DNA of 63,850 bases, the filler included, from Deltaproteobacteria bacterium (lineage in GTDB: Bacteria > JAUYMQ01): the NCBI GenBank assembly GCA_030698575.1. It is 12 parts of 12 records of this genome, joined end to end, with 100 filler letters (N's around TTAATTAATTAA, not from the genome) between each part and the next. Parts side by side here need not be neighbours in the genome. Positions count along the whole stretch, not along the records: positions 9,971 to 13,544 come from JAUYMQ010000396.1; positions 13,645 to 16,442 come from JAUYMQ010000408.1; positions 16,543 to 33,318 come from JAUYMQ010000438.1; 9 more parts are not named here. One strand, 5' to 3'. The position numbers and the translations under genes are program-made. The notes under the pieces were generated by a model. The model was not told where the DNA came from. It saw only the letters and a program-made list of their open reading frames with translations, and ran no database searches. This document shows, in pieces, positions 10,371 through 20,924 of this stretch; position 1 is the stretch's first letter; the number at the start of each line of letters is the position of its first letter.

Positions 10371-12107
10371 TCAAGGTGAGGGATAAGCATAGAACCCGAT
10401 TCCTTCATACCCGAACCAGCCGTAGTTCTGGATCACGGCGTCTTTCTCTGCTTCATTGATCGTATAAAAATGGTCACCCGCATTCATGTTGACGAAGCGG
10501 TGGACAGGCAGCGTACCGGGCTGTTTGATCGGATAAGCATAGAAGCCGATCCCCTCGTACCGGAACCAGTTGTAGTCCCGGATCACGGTGTCTTTTTCCG
10601 ATTCATTGATCGTATAAAAATGGTCACCTGCATTCGTGTTGACGAAACGGTGGACAGGCAGCGTACCGGGCTGTTGGATCGGATAAGCATAGAAGCCGAT
10701 CCCCTCATACCGGAACCAGTTGTAGTTCTGTACCACGGCGTTCCTTTCGGCCTCATTGATCGTATAAAAATGTTCGCCCGTATTCATGTTGACAAAGCGG
10801 TAAACAGGCATCTGCTCGCCGTTCGCGGGCGAAAGCGGCGGCGTGTAGGCGATACGCACCGAATCGGCCGCGCCGCCTTTGACCTCGTTCATGCGCGCGA
10901 TCTGCGCGCGGGCCGCCGCGCTGTTGTCCAGATAGGCGTCGAAAAATGTGAGCGTCCAGGTCACGATATCCGGCAGATCGGCGAGCACCAGGTCATGCGT
11001 CAGGCCGTCGAAAGCGACCACGTAGCGCGCGCCCAGCATCCTGTTCACGCCCTGCTCGGTGAGCAAGAGCGGAGCGGTTTCGTCGGCCATGCCGACGATG
11101 CCGAGAAACGGCACGGTCATGCCGTCGACACCTTGCTGGTCGTCCCCGAACGCCGGCAGCAGCCGCTGCCCGAAATACGGAACGTAGCCGCTGATCGCCT
11201 TGAGCCGCGGGTCGCTCATCACTTGCGTGGACTGAAGGTTGGCGAAATCCGTGGTCAATCGGGCGCCGGAAACCAGCAGCAGCGACTCGCCGCCGAGGCT
11301 TATGCCGAACCCGGCCACCCGCCCGGGGTCGACGTGATCACGATAGTTCGGATCGGCGAGCAGCGCATCCAGCGCGGATTGCAGGGAAAGCGGGCGAATG
11401 GCTTGCAGCTCGACCACCTCCCGCAGTTCGCCTCCGAAGAACAAATTCACCAGGTCCGACAGGCTGTCGATGCTCACGTCGGCAAAGCGCCCGTCGCCAT
11501 GAAACGGCGCGACGACCACGTAACCGTAACTGGCAAACAACGTAATCGTCTCCAAATACTCGCCTGACATCGGACTCCCGGACAGCCCGTGCGAATACAG
11601 CAGAACGGGATACCGGGCACTGGCATCCGCCCACAGTGGCGGCTCGCTGCCGCGCTGCATCCTGGGGACAAACTTGGTAAGCGCCGCATCGTAAGGATAG
11701 TCGGGCCGCGCATTGTCGGCCGACGTGGGATAACACACGATCGCGGCGTAAGGCACGGGTTGCCCCGCAAACGTCGTGAACAGGCCGCGTACATCGGGCA
11801 CGTTGACGTCATAGGTGAGTGTCCCCTGCGGCTCCACCAGCAATTGGGTGACGTAATGCCCCTGGCCGCCGATACTCATCCCCTCCCAATAGTTGGCGCG
11901 ATCGTTGTCACCCGGCGCGAACACAAAGTCCTGCGCGACGTCGCTGCACCCGACCGGGTACGGGCCCGGCGGACGCGGATCGACGCTCCACAGCGGGTCG
12001 GTCAGCGCGCCGGCGCTGCCTGCGGCCATGAGCCACGCGCATAGCGCGATGGTGCAACCGATCCAGATTCTGCGTACCGCGTTCACAATGGTGCTTGTCC
12101 CTGACAA
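10371..12107 (-). CDS. Secreted alpha/beta hydrolase (PAF-acetylhydrolase/dienelactone hydrolase-like) with 3 C-terminal DUF5648-like repeats
   Basis: Signal peptide, YSHGLSG, GISLG nucleophile elbow; three PVHRFVN.N.GDHFYT.NE.E....YEGIGFYAYP repeats. Confidence 0.8.
   Translation of the reverse strand: MSGTSTIVNAVRRIWIGCTIALCAWLMAAGSAGALTDPLWSVDPRPPGPYPVGCSDVAQDFVFAPGDNDRANYWEGMSIGGQGHYVTQLLVEPQGTLTYDVNVPDVRGLFTTFAGQPVPYAAIVCYPTSADNARPDYPYDAALTKFVPRMQRGSEPPLWADASARYPVLLYSHGLSGSPMSGEYLETITLFASYGYVVVAPFHGDGRFADVSIDSLSDLVNLFFGGELREVVELQAIRPLSLQSALDALLADPNYRDHVDPGRVAGFGISLGGESLLLVSGARLTTDFANLQSTQVMSDPRLKAISGYVPYFGQRLLPAFGDDQQGVDGMTVPFLGIVGMADETAPLLLTEQGVNRMLGARYVVAFDGLTHDLVLADLPDIVTWTLTFFDAYLDNSAAARAQIARMNEVKGGAADSVRIAYTPPLSPANGEQMPVYRFVNMNTGEHFYTINEAERNAVVQNYNWFRYEGIGFYAYPIQQPGTLPVHRFVNTNAGDHFYTINESEKDTVIRDYNWFRYEGIGFYAYPIKQPGTLPVHRFVNMNAGDHFYTINEAEKDAVIQNYGWFGYEGIGFYAYPSP
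10381..10810 (-). repeat. About 3 x 150-bp intragenic tandem repeat
   Basis: GGATAAGCATAGAA recurs at 10381, 10531 and 10681. Confidence 0.95.
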
Positions 12108-12320
12108 CCGCCGCAGCCCGGTGGGACCCGCAAAGTCCCCGGTCGGGCGAAAAAGCTTTGTATCCTACTCTGTTTGCGCCTCTGGCTGACGGCAGCGATA
12201 TCGCGCCGAATCAGCACCCGCGGGCATTGCGCCAGGTGATCCGGGATGCGCCAGTCGGCGGGGCAGGACATCGACGGCGGCTGCGGCCGGTTGCACGCGC
12301 CCGGCCGCATTGGAATCTGT

Positions 12321-13544
12321 TCAAGCCCCCAACGCCATCTGGGCCGCGCGCGCGAGGTTTCTCTCCAGTTGCGCCTTGCCTGATAGATACTGCTTTGGCC
12401 AGTCGAGTTTGGTGAACCCCTGCTGCGCCGCCGCGTGCAGGGTCCAGAACGGGTCGGCGAGGTGCGGCCTTGCAATCGCGCACAGATCCGCCCTCCCCGC
12501 CGCGATGATGCTGTTGACGTGGTCTGCCTCGAAGATGTTCCCGACCGCAATCGTCGCAATCCCCACCTCATTCCTTATCCGGTCCGAAAACGGCGTCTGG
12601 TACATCCTCCCGTAAACCGGCTGCGCCTCGCGCGTGGTCTGGCCGGAAGACACGTCCACCATGTCCGCCCCCGCATCCTTCAGCATTCTCGCGATCGCGA
12701 CCGCGTCGTCCGGCGTATTCCCCCCCGGGGCCCAGTCGTGCGCCGAGATCCGCACCGAGATCGGCCTGTCGCCGGGCCACGCGGCGCGCACCGCGCGGAG
12801 GAACTCCAGCGGGTAGCGCATGCGGTTCGCGAGCGGCCCGCCGTAATCGTCCGTGCGCTTGTTCGTGAGCGGGCAGATGAACGAAGACAGCAGATACCCG
12901 TGCGCGCAGTGCAGTTCCAGCATGTCGAAGCCGCAACCCGCGCCGCGCTGCGCGGCTTCCGCGAACTGCTCGGTGACGCGGTCCATGTCCTCCCGCGTCA
13001 TCGCGCGCGGCACCTGGTTATTCGGCCCGTAGCGGACAGCGGAGGCGGCAATGACCGGCCAGTTGCCGTCTTTGAGCGGCTCGTCCGCCTCCTCCCAGCC
13101 AAGCTGCGTCGAGCCCTTGGGACCTGCGTGGCCGAGCTGCAGGCCGATTTTCGCGGAACTGTTCGAGTGCGCGAAATCGACGATGCGCTTCCACGACCCA
13201 GACTGCGCGGCATTCCAGATGCCGGCGCATCCGGGGGATATCCGGGCGCGCGGCGCGACGCAGGTCATCTCGGTGAACACCAGCCCGGCGCCGCCCAGCG
13301 CGCGCGCGCCCAGGTGCACGAGGTAGAAGTCGTCGGGCAGCCCGTCCTTGCAGGAATACATCGCCATGGGCGACATGACCACGCGGTTGCTGAGTTCCAG
13401 GCCCCGCATCCGGAACGGCGTGCACATCGGCGGGATGGGCTCTTCCGGCAGCCTGCTCTGTGCTGCGACCCAGCTCTCGACCTTCTCGACGTAGCCCTTG
13501 TCGCGCAGCTACAGGTTCTCGTGGCTGATGCGCTGGCTGCCCGT
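12321..13544 (-). CDS. Bifunctional salicylyl-CoA 5-hydroxylase / 2-aminobenzoyl-CoA monooxygenase-reductase, C-terminal OYE domain (5' truncated, in-frame TAG near contig end)
   Basis: [12 protein letters not shown] linker, [58 protein letters not shown]. Confidence 0.88.
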
Positions 13545-13644
13545 NNNNNNNNNNNNNNNNNNNNNNNNNNNNNNNNNNNNNNNNNNNNTTAATTAATTAA
13601 NNNNNNNNNNNNNNNNNNNNNNNNNNNNNNNNNNNNNNNNNNNN

Positions 13645-14909
13645 GTGGCGCGGAAGATCACCGGGTTCTTGCAGCGCCAGCAGTGCGGGTAGCTGTGCTC
13701 GAGGGTCTGCAAGCCCAGCAGCGCACCGATCCGCTTCATGTGATCGACGATGGGCGCGTTGGCGTCGAAGACGAACAACCCCTGCCAGTCTTTCCTGACG
13801 TGTGGATCGTTCGTGAATCGGCCGGCCGCATCGACCGGCGTCAGGATGTCCAGTCCGCGGGCCACGCCAATCTCGTAGTCCTCCTGGCCGTGCCCCGGCG
13901 CGGTGTGCACGGCGCCCGTGCCCGCCTCGAGGGTCACGTGGTTGCCAGTCACGATGAACGAGCCCAGGTTGTCCCAGGGACGCTTCGCCTCGAGGCCCTC
14001 CAGGTCGCGCCCCGCGAACCGCGCCACGACCCGCGTCTCTTCCCACCCCACGTCCTTGGCGACCCGTTCGAGGAGCCCCTCGGCGACGATGTAGACCTCG
14101 CCGGCCGCCTCTACCGCCACGTAAGGGAGATCGGGATGGAGCGCGATGGCGAGGTTGGCCGGCAGCGTCCAGGGGGTGGTAGTCCAGATAACGATGGACA
14201 CATCCTTTCCCTTCAGCGCCGGCACGCGATCCTCGATCTTCACCTGGGTCCTGGCCAGCGGGAACTTCACGTAAACCGACGGTGAAGCGTGCGGCTCGTA
14301 CTCCACCTCGGCCTCGGCCAGCGCGGTCTTGCAGGACCAGCACCAGTGCACCGGCTTCTTGCCGCGGTACAGGCCACCAGCAACGGCGATTTTCGCCAGC
14401 TCGCGCACCTCGGCGGCTTCGTACCCGGGCTCGGTCGTGAGATAGGGGTCTTCCCACTGCCCGAGCACACCGAGGCGCCTGAATTCCTCGCGCTGGATGT
14501 CGACGTACTTGTCGGCGTAGGCCCGGCAGGCCTCGCGGATCTCGCGGGTGCTCATTTGCGTTTTCCGCGGACCCAGCTCCTTGTCGACCTGGTGCTCGAT
14601 CGGAAGGCCGTGGCAGTCCCAGCCCGGGACGTACTCGGCCCGGAAGCCGGCCATGTTCTTGGCCTTCACGATGATGTCCTTGAGAATCTTGTTGAGGATG
14701 TGGCCGTGGTGGATCCGCCCGTTCGCGTAGGGCGGACCGTCGTGAAGAATGAAGGGCGGTTTGGAGGCGTTCGCCTCGATGATGCGGGCGTAGAGCCCCA
14801 TCTCGTCCCAGCGGGCGAGCATCTCCGGCTCCCGCTGGGCAAGATTCGCCTTCATCGGGAAGTCGGTGCGCGGAAGATTGAGCGTGTCCTTGTAGCTCTG
14901 CTGGGCCAT
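13645..14909 (-). CDS. ileS: Isoleucine--tRNA ligase (3' truncated)
   Basis: YKDTLNLPRTDFPMKANL, HDGPPYANG.IHHGH, PGWDCHGLPIE, WTTTPWTLPAN, GTGAVHTAPGHG, HSYPHCWRCK. Confidence 0.98.
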
Positions 14910-15000
14910 GGGTTGCCGCGGGGCGGTGGAGGAGAAATCCTCGGTCCGGAGCGCCGAAAGCTATCACATGCCCCGCGGTGCGTCCACGACACCGCCCCGT

Positions 15001-15133
15001 ATGTCATTGCGAGGCCCGAGGCCCCGCGCGAAGCGCGGGCCGAGAAACTTCTGAAGTGCAGCGACGAAGCAACCCCCCAGGCAACTCCACGAACAGGGGG
15101 ATTGCTTCGTCGCTTCGCTCCTCGCAATGACAT
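15001..15133. repeat. Nested palindromic REP/MITE-like element (GTCATTGCGAG type)
   Basis: Perfect 14-bp terminal IR ATGTCATTGCGAGG / CCTCGCAATGACAT plus inner IR AGCGACGAAGCAA (15060-15072) / TTGCTTCGTCGCT (15102-15114). Confidence 0.85.
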
Positions 15134-15157
15134 GCGAGGCCGTTCCGGCCCCGCATG

Positions 15158-16183
15158 TCAGAGGCTGCGGCCCGCCGCCTCGGCGAACGCCTTGAGCCCC
15201 GTCAGGAGCTTCTTGAAGTTCTTCGGCGTCAGCGACTGTCCACCGTCGCTCCAGGCCTTGTCGGGATGCGGGTGCACCTCGATCATCAGGCCGTCGGCGC
15301 CGCAGGCGATGCCGGCGAAGGCCATCGGCGTCACGTACTGGTAGTAACCGGTGCCATGACTCGGGTCGACGATAACGGGGAGGTGCGTCTTCTCCTTCAG
15401 AACGGGCACGGCGTTGAGATCGAGCGTGTTGCGTGTGGCCGTCTCGAAGGTGCGAATGCCGCGCTCGCAGAGGATGACGTTGGGGTTGCCCTCGGAGAGG
15501 ATGTACTCGGCCGATTGCAGCCACTCCTTGATGCTGGTGGACATGCCGCGCTTGAGCAGCACGGGCTTGTTGGCCTTGCCGAGCTTTTTCAGCAGCGCGA
15601 AGTTCTGGACGTTGCGCGCACCCACCTGGATGATGTCGGAGTACTCGCTCACGATGCCGACGTCGTGGGGATCCATGATCTCCGTGACCACCGGCAATCC
15701 CGTCTCGTCGCGGGCCTCCGCCAGCAGCTTCAGCCCTTCGGCCTCGAGCCCCTGGAAGGAGTAGGGGCTGGTGCGCGGCTTGAATGCGCCGCCCCGGAGG
15801 ATGTTGGCGCCGGCCTCCTTCACCGCCCGGGCAACTTCGAGGAGCTGCTCGCGCCCCTCGACCGAGCAGGGCCCGGCCATGATCGCGAGCGTGTTGCCGC
15901 CCACGGTCACCTGGTCGTTGATACGGACCACGGTGGTCTCGGCGCGAACCTCGCGGCTCGCCAGCTTGTAGGGCTCCAGAATGGGCATCACGCGCTCGAC
16001 GCCCGCCATTGAGGGGAGCATTTCGGCGATAATCGACTTGTCCTGGCGCTCGTCGCCGACGCAACCGACGACCGTGCGCTCGACGCCGCGGATGAGATGG
16101 GCCCGGTAGCCCAGCTCCTCCACGCGCCCTATGACTCCGTCGATCTGCTCGTTCGTCGCCCCCGCCTTCATGACGACAATCAT
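15158..16183 (-). CDS. aroF: DAHP synthase type I-beta with N-terminal ACT-like domain
   Basis: MIVVMK start with [55 protein letters not shown]. Confidence 0.96.
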   Translation of the reverse strand: MIVVMKAGATNEQIDGVIGRVEELGYRAHLIRGVERTVVGCVGDERQDKSIIAEMLPSMAGVERVMPILEPYKLASREVRAETTVVRINDQVTVGGNTLAIMAGPCSVEGREQLLEVARAVKEAGANILRGGAFKPRTSPYSFQGLEAEGLKLLAEARDETGLPVVTEIMDPHDVGIVSEYSDIIQVGARNVQNFALLKKLGKANKPVLLKRGMSTSIKEWLQSAEYILSEGNPNVILCERGIRTFETATRNTLDLNAVPVLKEKTHLPVIVDPSHGTGYYQYVTPMAFAGIACGADGLMIEVHPHPDKAWSDGGQSLTPKNFKKLLTGLKAFAEAAGRSL

Positions 16184-16288
16184 CTTTCCATCCTCCTTCG
16201 CGGATCCGCAGACGGGAACGCTGCTTGCCTGGGTTGTGGTTCCCGGGGGCCGGGCGCCTCGCGCTGCATGGGCGGCGGGCGCCGGGCT

Positions 16289-16442
16289 AAATACAAAAGG
16301 CCATAGGGCTGGCGTGCGCCTATGGCCTCGATATCCTGCAGGGCAAACACGAAGGCCATGAGCGACCGCCATCCCGTCTGCCCATGGCCCGTTGATCCCG
16401 GATACTGGCGATCAGCGCACCCCGGCAGACCGGCTAAAGCCG
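16289..16442 (-). promoter_or_regulatory. Putative transcription attenuator leader of aroF
   Basis: Minus-strand terminator AGGCCATAGG-loop-CCTATGGCCT followed by TTTGTATTT (16328-16289); upstream hairpin GGCCATG/CATGGCC (16389-16354) with interchangeable arms; short ORF ending ...GFSRSAGVR* at 16412. Confidence 0.6.
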
Positions 16443-16542
16443 NNNNNNNNNNNNNNNNNNNNNNNNNNNNNNNNNNNNNNNNNNNNTTAATTAATTAANN
16501 NNNNNNNNNNNNNNNNNNNNNNNNNNNNNNNNNNNNNNNNNN

Positions 16543-17167
16543 CGGCGCGCCCGATCCTGCCGCGGGACAGCCAGGCCCGGAGCATGTTCTTGAGTACCGG
16601 GATCTGATCGGGAGAGTGGTGCCCACGGCCATGAACGATGAGCACACACCGGAGGCCCGCCCCGAGCGATTCGGTCACGAAGCTCTCGACGGAGGACCGG
16701 GCTTCTGCGCGGGACATGTTGTGCAGGTCCAGGTGGGCCTGCACGGAGAACTCTCCCCGGCGCAGCTTGCCAAGCACGCGCCGGTCAAAGCCTTCAACGT
16801 ATCCCTCGACGTACTCGTCGGTATCGGCGATATCGAAGGGGATTTCACCGGCGACGAACTTCGAAAGAGTGTCGTAGGCCTCGGCGTCGGGATCGGGCGA
16901 AGGCAAATCGCCGGCGAGGGCGCGCGGCGGGGCTGGCGCCGGACGCCGTTCATCGCGCCCCTCGAGAGGGGTTACGCCGCTCATCGCCCGGGCGAAGAGA
17001 TCGCTCTCGTCCTCGGGCCGGCCGCCCGGGGGCGAATCGCTGGTCGGTGAAAGCTCGCGCTCTGCCGGCCGCTCGGGCTCTTTCTTCCGGCGCGCAAGCC
17101 GGCCGGCAAGCTTCCGGAAGGGGGTGTTGAAGCCGTCACCCCCCTCCCCCTTATCGCTCCGCCCCAT
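16543..17167 (-). CDS. Smr/MutS2-domain protein (3' truncated)
   Basis: FNTPF, LFARAMSGVTPL, KLRRGEF...LDLHNM, CVLIVHGRG...VLK. Confidence 0.93.
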
Positions 17168-17303
17168 GGTGCGTGCGCTCCGATCCCCCTCACGAACCTC
17201 CCGGTCGCGCCGCGAAGCTTCGCCACCGCCGGGAAAAACCAATGTAGGGAGTCGGACGGAGGGCTGTCAAGGAAAGCACCGAGGTTCGGCGCGCCCGCGC
17301 GAT

Positions 17304-19100
17304 CTACCTCTGCGCGCCGGGGCCCGCGAGAATTGCGCGCGCCTTCGGCGTGAGCGGAGCGCCAAATCCCTGCGCCATCGCAATGTGGGCCCGCCCGGCG
17401 TCCGCGTTTCCCTGATCATAGAGGAAGAGGCCGTAAGCCAGATGGGTCATGCCGTTCTCTGATGCGAGGCCGAGGGATGTCTCGTAGGCTCGCCGGGCCT
17501 CGTCAGGAAGACCGGTCGCGGCGGCCGCCGTGCCGAGATTGCTCCAGGCTTCCGCCAGTTCCGGATAGAGGCGCACCGCGTCGCGGAACAGCGGCAGGCT
17601 TTCCGGAACGCGGCCGGTCTTGAGCATGATCACTCCGAGGTTGTTCGGGATGCGGCCGTCCACGGGGCGATCGATCCGGGCTTTCCGGAGCGCCGCCTCC
17701 GCCTCGTCGGTTCGCCCGAGGGCCATCAGGATGGTTCCGAGATTGTAACGCTCGTCGCCGTATTCGCGGATGACGACGTCCGCCGGCACAAACCGGAAGG
17801 CGGTGACGAGCAGGAGGACTCCTGCGATCCCCGCCGCCGCGAGCCCTCGCCGTCCCCCGCGCGCGGCCTCGACGAGCCAGGCCACCCCGACTCCGGCCAG
17901 GGGGATCGCGGCGGCGGCGATCGGGATTCGATAGCGGCCGCCCGCCATGAAGGCGGCGGTCGCGAGGGTGTAAGTGAAGGCATAGACAACGAGCAGCGTC
18001 GTCTCGCGGCGCCGCCGCAAGGCTGAGGCGAGCACGCCAAGAAGCGCCAGCGGCGTGAGCAGCCCGAAGCCGGGCCAGGGCAGCGATAGCACGCGGGAGA
18101 GATCGCGAAAGTAGTAGGTGTTCAGGCTCGTGCGCGTCTCGTAGGCGCACCAGACAAGGTAGATCTTCTTTCCCAGCAGACGCAGCGCATCGGCGGGCCG
18201 GTCGCGCCACCAGTCAAGCGCCCGACCGCGGTAGTAGCGATCCTTGCCCTCGACGGTCGTGATCCCTTCCCGCTCCGCGAGCGTGGCGAACCGCTGCCAG
18301 GGCCGGCCGCCCCGCATGTTTGCCGTGCCGTCGGCCTCCGGATTGTTCCCTTCGTAGAAGGCGAGCCAGGTGTTCGCCTGGGCCACCCATGCGCCCGAGA
18401 CCGCATGGTTGCGCGCAACGATGGGAACGATGACGAGCGCGGCGCCGAGCCCGACGAGCGCGAACCGGAGGATCCTCCGGCGCGCAGGGCCACCGTCCTT
18501 CCCCCACGCGGCCCAGAGCGCGGCGAGCGGGACGAAGGCAGCCGCGTTGGGGCGCGCCGCCGCGGAAAGCCCCAGAAGCAAGCCGGCCGCCAGCAGCCAG
18601 CCGGATCTTCCGCGGGCGTGAATCAGGGAAAGAAGCGCGCCGCCGTTCAACAGCAGCACAAGCGATTCAACCAGGATCTCCGAATCCTGGTAGACAAGCG
18701 GCCAGAGCGTGGCGCCGATCGCGACGGCCACGGCGCCGGCCACAGGCCCGGCACAGCGCCGGGCGATGGCCCAGTACACCACGCAGCTGCCAAGGCCAAC
18801 GCCGAGCGCCTGCACGACCCGGACGAATGCAAGGCTGTCCCCGGAAACCGACAGCAGCGCTGAAAGAACGTAGGGGTAAAGCGGAGAGTGAATGTGCACA
18901 TGATCCCAGAGAAGCTGCCCTCCCTGGATCTCCCGCGCCCACATCAGATACTCGAGCGAATCGAGCACCGGAAAGTCGAAGAACGGCGAGGCGCGGAACT
19001 CCCACAGAAACGCGAGCCGGAGCGCGGCGCCCAGCGAGAGTGCCGCCAGCAGAAACCAACGCTCCCAGCGCGCGAGGGGCGCGTCCACGAGTCCGGTCAA
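17304..19100 (-). CDS. GT-C/PMT-like (GT39-type) membrane glycosyltransferase with C-terminal TPRs
   Basis: PVLDSLEY, PLYPY, FYEGNNPEADG, RYRIP, YNLG/NNLG/SNLG TPR motifs; TTG start overlaps the upstream stop. Confidence 0.8.
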   Translation of the reverse strand: MTGLVDAPLARWERWFLLAALSLGAALRLAFLWEFRASPFFDFPVLDSLEYLMWAREIQGGQLLWDHVHIHSPLYPYVLSALLSVSGDSLAFVRVVQALGVGLGSCVVYWAIARRCAGPVAGAVAVAIGATLWPLVYQDSEILVESLVLLLNGGALLSLIHARGRSGWLLAAGLLLGLSAAARPNAAAFVPLAALWAAWGKDGGPARRRILRFALVGLGAALVIVPIVARNHAVSGAWVAQANTWLAFYEGNNPEADGTANMRGGRPWQRFATLAEREGITTVEGKDRYYRGRALDWWRDRPADALRLLGKKIYLVWCAYETRTSLNTYYFRDLSRVLSLPWPGFGLLTPLALLGVLASALRRRRETTLLVVYAFTYTLATAAFMAGGRYRIPIAAAAIPLAGVGVAWLVEAARGGRRGLAAAGIAGVLLLVTAFRFVPADVVIREYGDERYNLGTILMALGRTDEAEAALRKARIDRPVDGRIPNNLGVIMLKTGRVPESLPLFRDAVRLYPELAEAWSNLGTAAAATGLPDEARRAYETSLGLASENGMTHLAYGLFLYDQGNADAGRAHIAMAQGFGAPLTPKARAILAGPGAQR

Positions 19101-20686
19101 GGCCCCGCCTCCCGCTTCCTGAGCAGCACGATCCCCGCCTCCTCGAAGGCCACCTCGTAGCCTGGGTCGTCCCGGATCGCCCCTATCAGCGCGTCGTAAC
19201 GATCGCGAGGCAGGCCGTCGCAGCCGGGCTTCCGGCAATCCGAAAGGAAAACATACGCCGCGTTTGCCAGCTTGGGCGAGTAGAGAGTGAAGAGATCACG
19301 CCGCGCCGCCACCTGCGCACCGAGATCATAGGAGGCAGCGACGGACGCGCCGGGGGGAATCAGCGCGCGCGCCTTCGCGGCCGCGGCTTCGCGAGCCGGA
19401 TTCCCGGGGGGCAGCGTGAAAGCGTCGGAACGCCATGTCAGCCCCGTTCCAATGGCGAGAACGAACATCGCCAGCGCGGCAGCCAGGGCGAAGGGCTTGC
19501 GCCGCGCCGGGTCCTGCCGCCCTGCGACGGCCGCCAGGCCGCCCATCGCGCCGAGCACGAGCCCCACGAGGATGAGCGCGTGATAGTGGTAGTGGCCGAG
19601 GAGAAGCGGTCCCTCACCGTGCGTGGAGAAAATGACCCCGATGAACGTCGGCGCGCCGAGAGCGAGTAGCTGGGGCGCCGCGATCGGCAGGCCCGCGAAA
19701 GGGAGCAGGAGGTAGGCGTAGTAAGCAAGCCGTTCGGGCCGCGTGAGGAACCCGCCGAGCAGTCCGGGCTGCTCGAAGGCCAGACGCACCAGCGCGCCCG
19801 GGCTTTCCGCCAGCGCAAGCCGCTTCGTGTAGATGTACCCGTCGGGATTGAAGCCGGGCAGGATCACCTTGAAGACTACCGCACCCCAGATCAGCGCGAC
19901 GGCGAGCGTGGCGAGGCCGAGGCGCCGCTGCCCCCCGAACAGCCAGATGAGGCCGAGCATCGCTACGGGGCCCACAATGTCCTCACGGCAAGCGAGGGCG
20001 AGAAGCACGCAGACCATCGCCCAGGCGCCGCGGTCCCTGCGGGCCAGCGCAAAGGCGCCGAGGAGAAAAGGGACGGCCAGGACGAAGGCATGAAACTCGA
20101 AGAGGTTCGCGCGCTGGAGCATGGGGCTCAGGAGGTAGACCCAGGCGAAGGCCACCCCGAGTGAGCGGCGTCCGAGGACGTCGGCCGCGGCTATGTACAC
20201 GGGAATCGCGCCCAGGGCGAGTAGCAGCGTCTGGAGCAGCAGCAACGTCTCGGCTCTGGGAAAGAGACCGTAGACCGGCAGGGCGGCGAGCAAGATCGGC
20301 TCCACGTGGAAGGCCCAGCGGGAGTCCGGTAGATCAGGGTAGGTAGTTCCGAGCTGGATGTTCGACTCGAGTTCCGGATCGGTGGTCATTCGGAAGAAGT
20401 CGCCGTGAAGGGTATTCCACATTGACTGCTCGACGTTCCCGAGATCATAGGTCTGCGTTTCGAGCCGCCCATGACGAACCAGGCTCCCGCCGCCGATCCA
20501 GATGAGGTAGATCACGATGCCGGCGGCGAGCGCCGCCCGGGCCGCAGAGCGGACGTCGAGGCGCGCGGCGAGCAGCGCCAGCGGACGGCGAAGCGCCGTC
20601 ATGCCGAGCGCAAACGCCAGGAGTCCGAGCCCGGCGAGTATCGGGACCTTTGCCGCAAGCAGCACCGCGGGCGCGGGATCGGCCAT
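19097..20686 (-). CDS. DUF2079-family membrane protein (GT-C-like)
   Basis: TYDLGNVEQSMWNTLHG, HVEPIL, ETLLLLQ, FEFH, CRED, HYH motifs. Confidence 0.8.
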   Translation of the reverse strand: MADPAPAVLLAAKVPILAGLGLLAFALGMTALRRPLALLAARLDVRSAARAALAAGIVIYLIWIGGGSLVRHGRLETQTYDLGNVEQSMWNTLHGDFFRMTTDPELESNIQLGTTYPDLPDSRWAFHVEPILLAALPVYGLFPRAETLLLLQTLLLALGAIPVYIAAADVLGRRSLGVAFAWVYLLSPMLQRANLFEFHAFVLAVPFLLGAFALARRDRGAWAMVCVLLALACREDIVGPVAMLGLIWLFGGQRRLGLATLAVALIWGAVVFKVILPGFNPDGYIYTKRLALAESPGALVRLAFEQPGLLGGFLTRPERLAYYAYLLLPFAGLPIAAPQLLALGAPTFIGVIFSTHGEGPLLLGHYHYHALILVGLVLGAMGGLAAVAGRQDPARRKPFALAAALAMFVLAIGTGLTWRSDAFTLPPGNPAREAAAAKARALIPPGASVAASYDLGAQVAARRDLFTLYSPKLANAAYVFLSDCRKPGCDGLPRDRYDALIGAIRDDPGYEVAFEEAGIVLLRKREAGP

Positions 20687-20924
20687 GCCTTGAACGTCCC
20701 TCCCCTCCAGCCGGCTCGCCGGCTCAGCCAGGCGCCCCGGGCTGACGCAGGCCCCGGGGCCGGCAGGGCCCCGCGACGCAGGTCCAATTGACCCGGGTTC
20801 CCGGCAGGGCGGCCCCTGTTCCCGAGCGCCCCAATCCTCTATCATGTGCCGCTCGGACCCGGGGAACCACCCCGAAGGAACCCCCGCCCCGGGCCCTTCA
20901 CATTTATCGAGGAGGATGCATTCC

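Noticed and set aside
10381-10810. 150-bp repeats as DGR template/variable repeats or CRISPR
   Set aside because: In-frame and contiguous with no spacers; differences are not adenine-specific; no reverse transcriptase or cas gene in the window
13509-13511. In-frame TAG in the hydroxylase gene as pyrrolysine or recoding
   Set aside because: About 35 nt from the contig end, near other atypical residues (TGSQ, PPMC); sequencing error or pseudogenisation is more likely
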